From the NCBI GenBank assembly GCA_018815555.1, contig JAHIWF010000087.1:35117-99116 (forward strand): 64,000 bases of DNA, in the 5' to 3' direction. Source of the DNA: Spirochaetota bacterium (GTDB lineage: Bacteria > Spirochaetota > Spirochaetia > Treponematales > UBA12059). How positions within the stretch are numbered: the stretch's first letter is position 1; each line of letters starts with the position of its first letter. Of this stretch, positions 56,841 to 64,000 are shown in pieces. The notes under the pieces are model-generated. The model saw only the letters and a list, made by a program, of their open reading frames with translations. It searched no databases and was not told the DNA's origin. The position numbers were made by a program, and so were the translations under genes.

Positions 56841-58040
56841 ATGAAACTGGGTATACCTTACTTTTTGGCTTTTTCTATATATGGCGTAGTTTCCCCCTAT
56901 TTGGCTGTGCTGGTCCGGGATCTGGGCTATTCGCCCTCGGTGGTGGGCCTGCTAATCGGCCTCTTCGAGTTGGCCGGCATAGGTGGCCCCTTTATTCTGG
57001 GCCGCTTTTCAGACCGTCTCGGCCGATACCGACCCGGAATGACATTGGCCCTGATGCTTTTGCTGCTATCACTAGGACCGCTTATTTTGTTCCGGAATCC
57101 CCTGATAAGTGCACTGTCTTTGATGGTATTGGCAGTAGGGGTACGTTCTATCGTGCCGTTGCTGGATGCGGTGGCAACACTTTCGATGCGCAATCCAGCC
57201 GACTATGGCAAGGTGCGCACCGTTGGCTCCATCAGTTTTGTGCTAATGACCCTGTTTCTGCAATGGACACCGCTGTTCCAGCCGCACAGCTACACTGCAA
57301 TCGCGCTCTGGATTGCCCTGAGCAGCTTTTTGATGCTTTGCTCGCTACCGCTGCTTCCGGCAGTTCAGCGACAGGCTGCAATAGCTGACTCTGAGCCTAA
57401 GCCGCTAGTGGCCGAAAATACAACTACTGGTGTAAGCAGAAGCAAAGCTTCGACAAAAGCCTACAGTTCAGTATTTATCCTGGGCCTGGTGATTATCGGC
57501 CTGGGCCGTCTGGCTATGGCTCCGGTAGCTTCATTCTTCTCGTTGTATATAGTGGAGGAGCTCGGCTGGGATGCGGTCGGCCTAAGCTGGGCAATAGCCG
57601 CCGCCTCGGAGATACCATTAATGTTCCTGTCCGGTCTGGCCATCCGCCGCTGGGGTGCGCCCAGACTGCTGCTGCTGGCACTGATCGCCGTGGCTGTCCG
57701 GCTGGCGATCTACGCGCTGTTTCCCAGCCCGGCCGGGGCAATCTCCGGCCAATTGCTGCATTCGCTGTGCTACGGCTTGTTCCATCCGGCTGCTGTAGCC
57801 TTTGTAAGCACCCATGTTGCCCCGGAGCGACGGGCCATGGGACTGACCATGTATCTGTCCCTGGGAGTTGGCCTGCCAACCTTCTTGGGCAGTGCAGTGG
57901 GTGGATTTATCGTAGACCATGCCGGATACCGGGTATTGTTTGCCAGCTTTATCGTGTTTGCGATCGCCGGAATTGTTCTGTATCTGCTGCAGCGCAGTCG
58001 ACTTGAAACGGCAAGCAGCAGAACGCCACTAAGCGCTTAA
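56841..58040 (+). CDS. MFS transporter (12 TM, PPP/HcaT-like N-terminus)
   Basis: The ATG at 56841 gives MKLGIPYFLAFSIYGVVSPYLAVLVRDLGYSPSVVGLLIGLFELAGIGGPFILGRFSDRLGR, an MFS motif-A-like sequence. The protein is hydrophobic throughout. Confidence 0.85.
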   Translation: MKLGIPYFLAFSIYGVVSPYLAVLVRDLGYSPSVVGLLIGLFELAGIGGPFILGRFSDRLGRYRPGMTLALMLLLLSLGPLILFRNPLISALSLMVLAVGVRSIVPLLDAVATLSMRNPADYGKVRTVGSISFVLMTLFLQWTPLFQPHSYTAIALWIALSSFLMLCSLPLLPAVQRQAAIADSEPKPLVAENTTTGVSRSKASTKAYSSVFILGLVIIGLGRLAMAPVASFFSLYIVEELGWDAVGLSWAIAAASEIPLMFLSGLAIRRWGAPRLLLLALIAVAVRLAIYALFPSPAGAISGQLLHSLCYGLFHPAAVAFVSTHVAPERRAMGLTMYLSLGVGLPTFLGSAVGGFIVDHAGYRVLFASFIVFAIAGIVLYLLQRSRLETASSRTPLSA

Positions 58041-58132
58041 ATAGAATTACTCCCAGCATTGCAGGAACTGATTGCACAGACAGCTACTCCCGAAATATTC
58101 GCCGAATCGGGAATAACTGTCTAAAAACAAAC

Positions 58133-58963
58133 TTAGTAGGAAGAATATCGGGTATTGTAACCGGAATGGAAAGAAACGAGTTCGCCGCGCAGCGTTTCTT
58201 TGGAGTCGCTTCTGGTCCACTCGTATTTTACCAGGCCACCGGGAGCGGAAGAATCAACCCACCAGGTATAGGTATAGTTTACTTTTTCTTCTTCATCGGT
58301 ATACGACCAGACGATACGATCACAGGTATAGCTAGAGCCGCCGACAGTTATAATTTCCCGACCCGCAATATTTTTTTTGAAGTCTTCTAGGTCGTATTCA
58401 GCAACTGCGGCATCTTCGGGAGCTGCAGTCTCGTCTTCCGCATCTTTATCAGCCACCGCATCGAAGGTCGATTCTTCCACCCGCTTAACATCAGGATTGA
58501 AATAGCGGATTTTTTTAGCCTCCAGGTCATCATTCATGAGTGCTTCGTAGGACCATTCCTCGCCATCAGCACGCCAGGACAGATAGTACCAGCGATCTCC
58601 ATTAGGCAGTATTTTGAGTAGAGCGCGTTCGGCCTCTACAATACTGATGGACCCGTCATCCTCACGGCTTTCGACGCGCCAGACCGTTCCCTGTGTTTCG
58701 GCCAGATCATAAAAATCCGCACCGAAGCCGCCCATGAAGAAAACCTGTGCATACACCATGTTGAACATCATCTGGTTAGTCATGCCGGAAATTCCGGAGG
58801 CAGAAACAAGTTCGCCGCTTACCCGGTTGGAAACACTTTGCGACAGATCGGCAAAAGGATTAGGAATGCCGCCGGGAAGAGAGAAACAGGAAGACAGGCA
58901 CAGTGCCAGAATCAGGATCAGGGTTACTGCACCCAGGCCGGGCAGTAATTTTGTGACTTTCAT
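58133..58963 (-). CDS. putative lipoprotein, unknown function
   Basis: MKVTKLLPGLGAVTLILILALCLSSC (lipobox LSSC). AAGGAG lies 8 nt before the ATG. Confidence 0.7.
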   Translation of the reverse strand: MKVTKLLPGLGAVTLILILALCLSSCFSLPGGIPNPFADLSQSVSNRVSGELVSASGISGMTNQMMFNMVYAQVFFMGGFGADFYDLAETQGTVWRVESREDDGSISIVEAERALLKILPNGDRWYYLSWRADGEEWSYEALMNDDLEAKKIRYFNPDVKRVEESTFDAVADKDAEDETAAPEDAAVAEYDLEDFKKNIAGREIITVGGSSYTCDRIVWSYTDEEEKVNYTYTWWVDSSAPGGLVKYEWTRSDSKETLRGELVSFHSGYNTRYSSY

Positions 58964-59004
58964 AATCGAAACTCCTTAGCATAGAAAAGAAGAATGAGGC
59001 CGTC

Positions 59005-59033
59005 ATTCTCTACCTGATTTTTAGAACCGTCAA
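59005..59033 (-). promoter_or_regulatory. candidate promoter for the 58963 lipoprotein gene
   Basis: The minus strand reads TTGACG (59033-59028), a 17-nt spacer, then GAGAAT (59010-59005). The inverted repeat AGAATGA-N5-TCATTCT (58991-59009) overlaps the -10. Confidence 0.4.
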
Positions 59034-59154
59034 GGCAGAATCGAGAGCAAAACTTAAGAACAAAAATTAACAGTACTCTCGTATTGGTCAATACCGGGCC
59101 GCACCTGAGCTGTGACTGTTTTCCCTGCCGGCAAAAGCAAAGTATTGGCCGCCG

Positions 59155-59811
59155 TCAGTGAAGACTGCCAGTAGCAAGCTCCGAGCCAACAGTCCCTTCA
59201 GCAGAATCAGGCCGGGCTATCGTCTGTAGGCACAGCTGCAACCCTCGGACAATATCGGTCAAAGCCATCGATGGCATTGATGGTTTAGCGGCTGTCTGCG
59301 CTGGAATATAGGGTACATGCATAAAACCGACCTTTAGGCCAGGCATGCTGGTTGCAGCAAAATGCAGCAGGCCATACATTAGATGATTGCAGACGAAGGT
59401 GCCGGCTGAATTTGATACCTGCGCCGGGATACCCGCTGCGCACAGAGCAAGGGCCATTGCCTTGAAGGGCAAGGTACTGAAATAGGCTGCCGGTCCATCT
59501 ACAACTACCGGCTGTTCCACCGGAATCTGGCCGGCATTGTCGGGCTGGATAGCATCATTTAAATTGATGGCTACCCGTTCCAGCGTCAGACTGCTGCGTC
59601 CGCCAGCCTGTCCTACCGCAAGAACCGCCTCCGGCTTAAGCTGCTGTAGGGTTTCAGTAACCAGCTGAATGCTCTTGCCGAAAATGGTAGGGACTTCCAA
59701 TGTAATCAGCTCGATTCCGGCTAATGCATCCGGCAAGCTGCGTATAGCTTCGAGAGCAGGATTAGTGGCCTCGCCACCAAAAGGATCAAAGGCAGTAATA
59801 AGAATTTTCAT
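59155..59811 (-). CDS. pcp: pyroglutamyl-peptidase I
   Basis: MKILITAFDPFGGEATNPALEA, the GTFVCNHLMY catalytic Cys context, and FMHVPY. Confidence 0.9.
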   Translation of the reverse strand: MKILITAFDPFGGEATNPALEAIRSLPDALAGIELITLEVPTIFGKSIQLVTETLQQLKPEAVLAVGQAGGRSSLTLERVAINLNDAIQPDNAGQIPVEQPVVVDGPAAYFSTLPFKAMALALCAAGIPAQVSNSAGTFVCNHLMYGLLHFAATSMPGLKVGFMHVPYIPAQTAAKPSMPSMALTDIVRGLQLCLQTIARPDSAEGTVGSELATGSLH

Positions 59812-59817
59812 CCAATG

Positions 59818-59845
59818 AGTATACCATTGCTCCGAAAAACATCAA
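59818..59845 (-). promoter_or_regulatory. candidate extended -10 promoter abutting the pcp start codon (leaderless geometry)
   Basis: The minus strand reads TTGATG (59845-59840), a 16-nt spacer, TGgTATACT (-10 at 59823-59818), then 6 nt (CATTGG), then the ATG at 59811. There is no SD. Confidence 0.5.
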
Positions 59846-60316
59846 ACAGCAAAAGCGGTAAATGCTCATCAGAGGGTGGAATTCAGCCAGTTGAGGTAGG
59901 CTATCCTTTTTTTATTCGGGGAGCGCCAAACTTCTCCCGATCGATAAGCTGTACCAGACGCGCCCCCCGCTGCGCACAAGGTTGCGCAGCTCCCCAAAGA
60001 GAACAAGCCGATTGCACGATTGACTTTTGCTTTCAGATTTTAAATCTGGATATCTCTTCAAGCAAACTGTCGACACTCTGCGCAGCTGCCTCTAAGCATT
60101 TCGACAGAGCGATCTACGGTCAGAGGGCAACTCAACCGGCAGCTTTTGACCTGTTCTGAATAACTATAGGCCAGGGACAGCAGCGGATAGCCCGGAGGCG
60201 CGCCAAACTTTGTCCGGTCCGGTCGAAGTTTGGCGTTAGCCGAGGACTTGGAGCGTATGGCCCGGCTGACGACCCGGCACGGGGCGGCGGGCCCCCGCCA
60301 AAAAAAGTCCTACAAT
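59846..60316. other. unassigned GC-rich non-coding spacer, dense in perfect hairpins
   Basis: It contains no credible ORF. Helices and repeats are listed in the findings. No family was recognised by eye. Confidence 0.5.
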
Positions 60317-60351
60317 AAAAAAACAGCCGCTCCGAAAATCGGAACGGCTGT
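60317..60351 (-). terminator. intrinsic terminator after tRNA-Arg
   Basis: The minus strand reads ACAGCCGUUCCGA-UUU-UCGGAGCGGCUGU (13 bp including one G-U that is an A-C mismatch on the + strand) followed by U6-7. Confidence 0.8.
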
Positions 60352-60352
60352 C

Positions 60353-60426
60353 TGAGCGATGCGGGAATCGAACCCACCACCTACAGCTCCGGAGGCTGTC
60401 GCTCTATCCATATGAGCTAATCGCTC
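60353..60426 (-). tRNA. tRNA-Arg (CCG)
   Basis: The reverse complement is GAGCGAT TA GCTC ATATGGATA GAGC G ACAGC CTCCGGA GCTGT AGGTG GTGGG TTCGATT CCCGC ATCGCTC A, 74 nt. Confidence 0.9.
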
Positions 60427-60436
60427 GCTTGCTTTC

Positions 60437-60465
60437 ATATTAGTTATTTGGACGGCGGCTGTCAA
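60437..60465 (-). promoter_or_regulatory. promoter of tRNA-Arg
   Basis: The minus strand reads TTGACA (60465-60460), a 17-nt spacer, then TAATAT (60442-60437), then 10 nt to the tRNA 5' end. Confidence 0.6.
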
Positions 60466-60477
60466 GCTGAATTGCGG

Positions 60478-60506
60478 TGACGGGGTTTGGCGGGCTGTGC
60501 TATAAT
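60478..60506 (+). promoter_or_regulatory. candidate extended -10 promoter for maf
   Basis: TGcTATAAT (hexamer 60501-60506) with the weak -35 TGACGG. It lies about 65 nt upstream of the maf ATG. Confidence 0.5.
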
Positions 60507-60571
60507 CGGGAGATGCGACAGAAGTGTTATTTCCGGTTTTGTATGTGGCCTTCCGGCCTGCGGAGTTTGCC

Positions 60572-61189
60572 ATGAGTGTTCGTTTGGCACTGGCCAGTGC
60601 TTCGCCGCGACGTCTCGAGCTGCTGCGCGGTATCGGGCTGCAGGTGGCGGCTTTTCCGGTGGACATGGATGAGTCGGTATTTGACCATCTGCCGGTGGTA
60701 CGGCGCACTCGTGAACTGGCTTTGGCCAAAGTTCAGGCAGCCTTGCCCGGCATTCCGGAGGACTGGCGCTGGGTGCTGGGCGCGGATACGCTTATCGAGC
60801 TTCCGCATTGGCGCGGCGGCAAGGCTTTGGGTAAAGCGGCAGATGCTGATGAAGCCAGGACCATGCTGCAAGCCCTCTCCGGCCGCCGCCACCTGGTGCA
60901 CAGCGGCCTGGCCTTGCTGGATCGCTCTTCCGGCCGGCACTGGCAGACGCAGGGCAGCACCCGGGTACACTTTGCACGGCTTTCAGATAGCGAAATCGAG
61001 TCCTACCTGACGTGCGGCGAGTGGCAGGGGGTGGCAGGAGCCTATCGCATCCAGGAGCGGGCGGCCTGCTTTATTCGTTGCATCAAGGGTACTTATTCGG
61101 GGGTCATGGGCTTGCCAATCCACGAGTTTTATGTCATGGTTAGGCGGTCCGGCCTGAACCTTTACGGGGAGGAGCCGGGCTCGCTGTAG
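60572..61189 (+). CDS. maf: Maf-like nucleoside triphosphate pyrophosphatase
   Basis: [23 protein letters not shown].., GADT, and [27 protein letters not shown]. The ATG at 60572 follows GGAG. Confidence 0.9.
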   Translation: MSVRLALASASPRRLELLRGIGLQVAAFPVDMDESVFDHLPVVRRTRELALAKVQAALPGIPEDWRWVLGADTLIELPHWRGGKALGKAADADEARTMLQALSGRRHLVHSGLALLDRSSGRHWQTQGSTRVHFARLSDSEIESYLTCGEWQGVAGAYRIQERAACFIRCIKGTYSGVMGLPIHEFYVMVRRSGLNLYGEEPGSL

Positions 61190-61206
61190 TTTGGCTGCCT
61201 TAAGGC

Positions 61207-61249
61207 GGCCGGCTGTCAGTGAAATCTTCCGTTCGCCGGTCTTTTTTTT
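61207..61249 (+). terminator. intrinsic terminator after maf
   Basis: GGCCGGC (61207-61213), a 21-nt loop, GCCGGTC (61235-61241, one G-U), then T8 (61242-61249). Confidence 0.6.
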
Positions 61250-61283
61250 AAGATGTCTGTGCCGAACGAGAACAAGCGAAGGA

Positions 61284-61309
61284 GACCCGCCTGATATTTT
61301 TGGCGGGTC
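61284..61309 (+). promoter_or_regulatory. rpsB 5'-leader hairpin immediately upstream of the SD
   Basis: GACCCGCC-TGATATTTTT-GGCGGGTC (8 bp perfect) ends 2 nt before GGGAGG (61312-61317). Confidence 0.35.
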
Positions 61310-61322
61310 ACGGGAGGAATAC

Positions 61323-62198
61323 GTGGCTGTAGTCACCATGAAGAGCCTGCTCGAATCAGGCGTGCATTTTGGGCACCAGGTAAAACGCTGGGATCCCAGA
61401 ATGAAGAAATTTATTTTTGCCGAACGCAATGGTATCCATATCATTGACCTGCAGAAAACCATCAATGCCATCAAAGAAGCTTACGAAGCGGTACGCAAGT
61501 CGGTTATTGCCGGCAAGCCGGTGCTCTTTGTCGGTACCAAGAAGCAGGCCCAGCTGGCTATCCAGAAGGAAGCCGAACGCTGCGAGCAGTACTTCGTTAA
61601 CAACCGCTGGCTCGGCGGTATGCTTACCAACTTTTCCACAGTACGCAAATCCATTGAGCGCCTGATCAAGCTCGAAAAAGAAGACTTCTCCAGCCTTACC
61701 AAGAAGGAACAGGCTCAGCTGGCCAAAGAAAAAACCAAGCTCGAGAAGAACTTGGGCGGTATCAAGGGCATGAACAAACTGCCCGGTATTCTATTCATCA
61801 TCGATACCCGCAAAGAAGCCATTGCTGTTGCCGAAGCCCAGCGCTTGGGTATTCCGATCATCGCCGTGGTGGATACCAACTGTAACCCCGAAGGCATCAC
61901 CTACCCGATCCCGGGCAATGATGACGCCATCCGTTCCATCTCGCTCTTTACCCAGATCATCGCCAACGCTGTTGTCGAAGCCGAGAGTGAAACCGGTCTG
62001 AAGATCATCGAGACTCTGCAGGACGAGGAAACCGAAGCCGCTCCGGCCGAAGCTCCGGCTGCCGAAGCTACCGAAGAGGAAGAAGAAGTAGAAGTGGATC
62101 CGTCTACCTATGTTGCCAAGGAAGCCGTTGCCGCTCCGGCTGCCGCTCCGGTTGCCGAAGAACCGGCAGTCGAAGAAGACAAATATTACGAGAAATAA
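61323..62198 (+). CDS. rpsB: 30S ribosomal protein S2 with Ala/Pro/Glu-rich C-terminal extension
   Basis: The GTG at 61323, 5 nt after GGGAGG, gives (M)[26 protein letters not shown], the canonical S2 N-terminus. The track start at 61191 would add an implausible 44 aa. Confidence 0.9.
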   Translation: MAVVTMKSLLESGVHFGHQVKRWDPRMKKFIFAERNGIHIIDLQKTINAIKEAYEAVRKSVIAGKPVLFVGTKKQAQLAIQKEAERCEQYFVNNRWLGGMLTNFSTVRKSIERLIKLEKEDFSSLTKKEQAQLAKEKTKLEKNLGGIKGMNKLPGILFIIDTRKEAIAVAEAQRLGIPIIAVVDTNCNPEGITYPIPGNDDAIRSISLFTQIIANAVVEAESETGLKIIETLQDEETEAAPAEAPAAEATEEEEEVEVDPSTYVAKEAVAAPAAAPVAEEPAVEEDKYYEK

Positions 62199-62213
62199 GA
62201 TCAGGAGACTATA

Positions 62214-63062
62214 ATGGAAATTAAGGCTAGTGACATAAAACTGCTGCGCGACAAGACCGGCGCCGGCATGATGGACTGCAAAAAAGCCCTGGTAGAGGGC
62301 GGCGGCGATCCGGTTAAGGCCGAGAAGCTGATAAAGGAATGGGGTCTGGCCGGTGTTGAGAAACGGTCCGGCCGCGCTACCAACGAAGGCCGTATTTTCC
62401 TGGCCGAAAAAGACGGCAGCATCGTGGCCATCGAGCTTGGTTGTGAAACCGACTTTGTTGCCCGTAACGAGGACTTTATCAAGTTCGGCAACAACACTGC
62501 CGCACTCTGTTTGGAAAAAGGCTGGACTGCCAGCAACGAAGAACTGGAAACCATGGTTCGCGATGTTGCCAGCGTTATCAAAGAAAACATCACGCTTAAG
62601 CGTGTAGTGGCCGTAAAGGCTGCTGCCGGCGAACTGCTGCACAGCTACATGCATGGCGAAGGCCGCATCGGTGTTATCGTAAAGGCTGCCGCAGACAAGG
62701 CCGAAGCCCTGCAGAATGCTGAAGTTCAGGGCTTTGTACACGATATTGCCCTGCATATCGCCGCTTATAACCCGGTATATCTTGACCAAAGCAAGGTAGA
62801 CGCAACTTGGGTTAAGGAGCAGCAGGAAATCTTTACCAAGCAGATGGAAGGTGACGAGAAGATGAAGGGCAAACCCGCCAATGTCATCGAAGGCATCCTG
62901 AAGGGTAAGATCAATAAGGCCATGAGCGAAATCTGTCTGATGGATCAGGGCTTTGTTAAAGACGAGAAACAGAAGGTAAGTGCCGTTATTCAGGGTCTGC
63001 AGAAGGCCACCGGCAGTAATTTTACCGTTGTTGATTATAATTATATTCGCGTAGGCGAGTAA
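62214..63062 (+). CDS. tsf: elongation factor Ts
   Basis: MEIKASDIKLLRDKTGAGMMDCKKAL is the canonical UBA-like N-terminus. AGGAG lies upstream. Confidence 0.95.
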   Translation: MEIKASDIKLLRDKTGAGMMDCKKALVEGGGDPVKAEKLIKEWGLAGVEKRSGRATNEGRIFLAEKDGSIVAIELGCETDFVARNEDFIKFGNNTAALCLEKGWTASNEELETMVRDVASVIKENITLKRVVAVKAAAGELLHSYMHGEGRIGVIVKAAADKAEALQNAEVQGFVHDIALHIAAYNPVYLDQSKVDATWVKEQQEIFTKQMEGDEKMKGKPANVIEGILKGKINKAMSEICLMDQGFVKDEKQKVSAVIQGLQKATGSNFTVVDYNYIRVGE

Positions 63063-63077
63063 GCGACACTCCGCATG

Positions 63078-63110
63078 CGGGAGCCCCGGGCAGCCGGCGG
63101 CTCCCGTTTT
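63078..63110 (+). terminator. intrinsic terminator/attenuator between tsf and frr
   Basis: CGGGAGCC (63078-63085), a 13-nt loop, GGCTCCCG (63099-63106), then TTTT. Confidence 0.55.
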
Positions 63111-63130
63111 GCCTTATAAGGAGATATATC

Positions 63131-63682
63131 ATGGACACCATTAAAGCAAACACCGAAGATCGCATGAAGAAGTCGGTAGCCTCACTCAAAGATGATTTTG
63201 CGGCCATCCGCACCGGACGGGCCTCGCCGGCTATTTTCGACAAGGTGCGAGTCGATTACTACGGCGAAAAATCCCCTTTAAGTCAGGTTGCCACCGTGTC
63301 GGTGCCCGAGGCCCGGCTGATCGTTATTCAGCCCTGGGATAAAGCCCTTATCATCGAAATTGAAAAAGCCCTGCTTAAATCCGATCTGGGCTTAAATCCA
63401 TCCAACGACGGCAAGGTAATCCGCATTGCCATTCCGCCGCTTACCGAAGAGCGTCGCAAGGAACTGGTAAAGAATGCCAAGGCCATTGCCGAGCAATACC
63501 GGGTTTCCATCCGCAATATCCGCCGCGACTCGGTGGATGCGCTCAAAAAACTTAAAGATCAGGGAACTCCGGAAGACGCCATCAAAAAGGCCGAGGATGA
63601 TCTGCAGAAACTGACTGATTCTTTTATTGCCCAGGTAAACAAGGCTTTTGAAGAAAAAGAGAAGGAAATCCTGGAAGTTTGA
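63131..63682 (+). CDS. frr: ribosome recycling factor
   Basis: LKDDFAAIRTGRASPAIFDKVRVDYYG, IPPLTEERRKELVK and the remaining sequence are canonical RRF. Confidence 0.95.
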   Translation: MDTIKANTEDRMKKSVASLKDDFAAIRTGRASPAIFDKVRVDYYGEKSPLSQVATVSVPEARLIVIQPWDKALIIEIEKALLKSDLGLNPSNDGKVIRIAIPPLTEERRKELVKNAKAIAEQYRVSIRNIRRDSVDALKKLKDQGTPEDAIKKAEDDLQKLTDSFIAQVNKAFEEKEKEILEV

Positions 63683-63684
63683 GC

Positions 63685-64000
63685 ATGTCAAGTTCTGAGC
63701 GCGGCGGCGTTCCGCAACATATCGGCATTATCATGGATGGCAACGGCCGCTGGGCCAAGCTGCGCGGCATGGCCCGCACTGAAGGGCACCGTCAGGGGCT
63801 GGAAACGGCCAAAAACATCGTGCGCGCAGCCAGACAAGCCCAAGTACCATTTTTATCACTCTATACCTTCAGCACCGAGAACTGGAAGCGCACCGCTGAC
63901 GAGGTCGGTTTTCTGATGAATCTGATTCCTGGCTGCCTGCGGGCCGAAATGGCTTTTTACCACGAGCACGGTGTCCGGGTTGTGCATTCCGGCAATCTTG
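63685..64000 (+). CDS. uppS: isoprenyl transferase / undecaprenyl-diphosphate synthase (3' end cut by window edge; not in the ORF track)
   Basis: The ATG at 63685 gives MSSSERGGVPQHIGIIMDGNGRWAKLRGMARTEGHRQG...LYTFSTENWKR. The frame is open to nt 64000. Confidence 0.9.
   Translation, partial: MSSSERGGVPQHIGIIMDGNGRWAKLRGMARTEGHRQGLETAKNIVRAARQAQVPFLSLYTFSTENWKRTADEVGFLMNLIPGCLRAEMAFYHEHGVRVVHSGNL

Noticed and set aside
59880-60310. Hypothesis that the GC-rich spacer is tmRNA (ssrA), standard or permuted.
   Set aside because: There is no GGGG.../...CCACCA acceptor pairing with G3-U70, no T-arm (GGTTCGAnTCC-like) on either strand, and no tag frame ending in an ..ALAA-type sequence before a stop. 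The resemblance of GGGGGCGCGTCTGG to a tmRNA 5' end is superficial.
59815-60380. Track ORFs 59815..60159 (+, 114 aa) and 60132..60380 (-, 82 aa).
   Set aside because: The composition is Arg/Cys/Ser/Pro-rich and not protein-like, and there is no SD. The second ORF runs through tRNA-Arg and its terminator. These are typical open frames in GC-rich non-coding DNA.
60524-61474. Many overlapping ORFs in all frames across maf and the maf-rpsB spacer (60527..60970, 60576..61010, 60733..60960, 60792..60977, 60983..61474).
   Set aside because: This is the usual high-GC artefact. Only the maf frame carries recognisable family motifs, and the others are Arg/Pro/Ala-rich shadows.
63063-63130. Absence of pyrH between tsf and frr.
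   Set aside because: From memory, the rpsB-tsf-frr-uppS order without pyrH is the normal arrangement in spirochaetes such as Borrelia. I treat it as a taxonomic hint, not an anomaly.

Overview
This 64-kb window reads as core bacterial chromosome rather than an accessory island. By inference it comes from a spirochaete-like organism: rpsB-tsf-frr-uppS lacks pyrH, gap-pgk-tpiA-secG is intact, and TPR proteins and lipoproteins with lipoboxes are common. I cannot verify this without a database. I support about 60 protein genes, three tRNAs (Tyr-GUA, Thr-UGU, Arg-CCG), one type-A RNase P RNA that the ORF track misses, a 3'-truncated uppS at the right edge and a 5'-truncated CHASE2 cyclase at the left edge. 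Major blocks are as follows. (1) A long minus-strand array: Zn-ribbon gene, rnpB, TPR gene, mreBCD, mrdA, rodA and a radical-SAM fusion. (2) tRNA-Thr/Tyr followed by ykgJ-like, MBL, a small ORF, mltG, dnaG and rpoD. (3) pdxY, hemW and lepB, diverging from smpB, rsmD, TPR genes and rlmN. (4) A YprA/YprB (MrfA/MrfB-like) helicase-exonuclease pair diverging from glgC. (5) A 1020-aa secreted beta-helix protein coupled to a phosphoribosyltransferase, then htrA and map. (6) nusB, a SurA-like gene, a J-domain gene, EIIA, and secG-tpiA-pgk-gap. (7) A galactokinase-like gene, surE, a TPR gene and a TPR/NHL/vWA-like gene. (8) ABC-F, an acyl-CoA ligase, MFS, pcp, tRNA-Arg, maf and rpsB-tsf-frr-uppS. I saw no CRISPR array, transposase, integrase, phage or toxin-antitoxin signature, and I cannot point to a clear new multi-gene system. 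The items most worth follow-up are listed here. Two long non-coding gaps stand out: 59.85-60.32 kb is GC-rich and hairpin-dense with a triplicated 10-11-mer, and 46.56-46.67 kb is a candidate sRNA with a C-rich loop and a canonical + strand terminator. Five operon-first genes have a -10 box placed 6-12 nt before an SD-less ATG, suggesting leaderless mRNAs. rnpB is wedged 10 nt behind a CDS. An uncharacterised radical-SAM fusion closes the rod-shape operon. A 54-aa ORF is absent from the track. GC content rises from about 35% to about 60% across the window. Coordinates of RNA and regulatory elements were derived by hand and may be off by a few nt.
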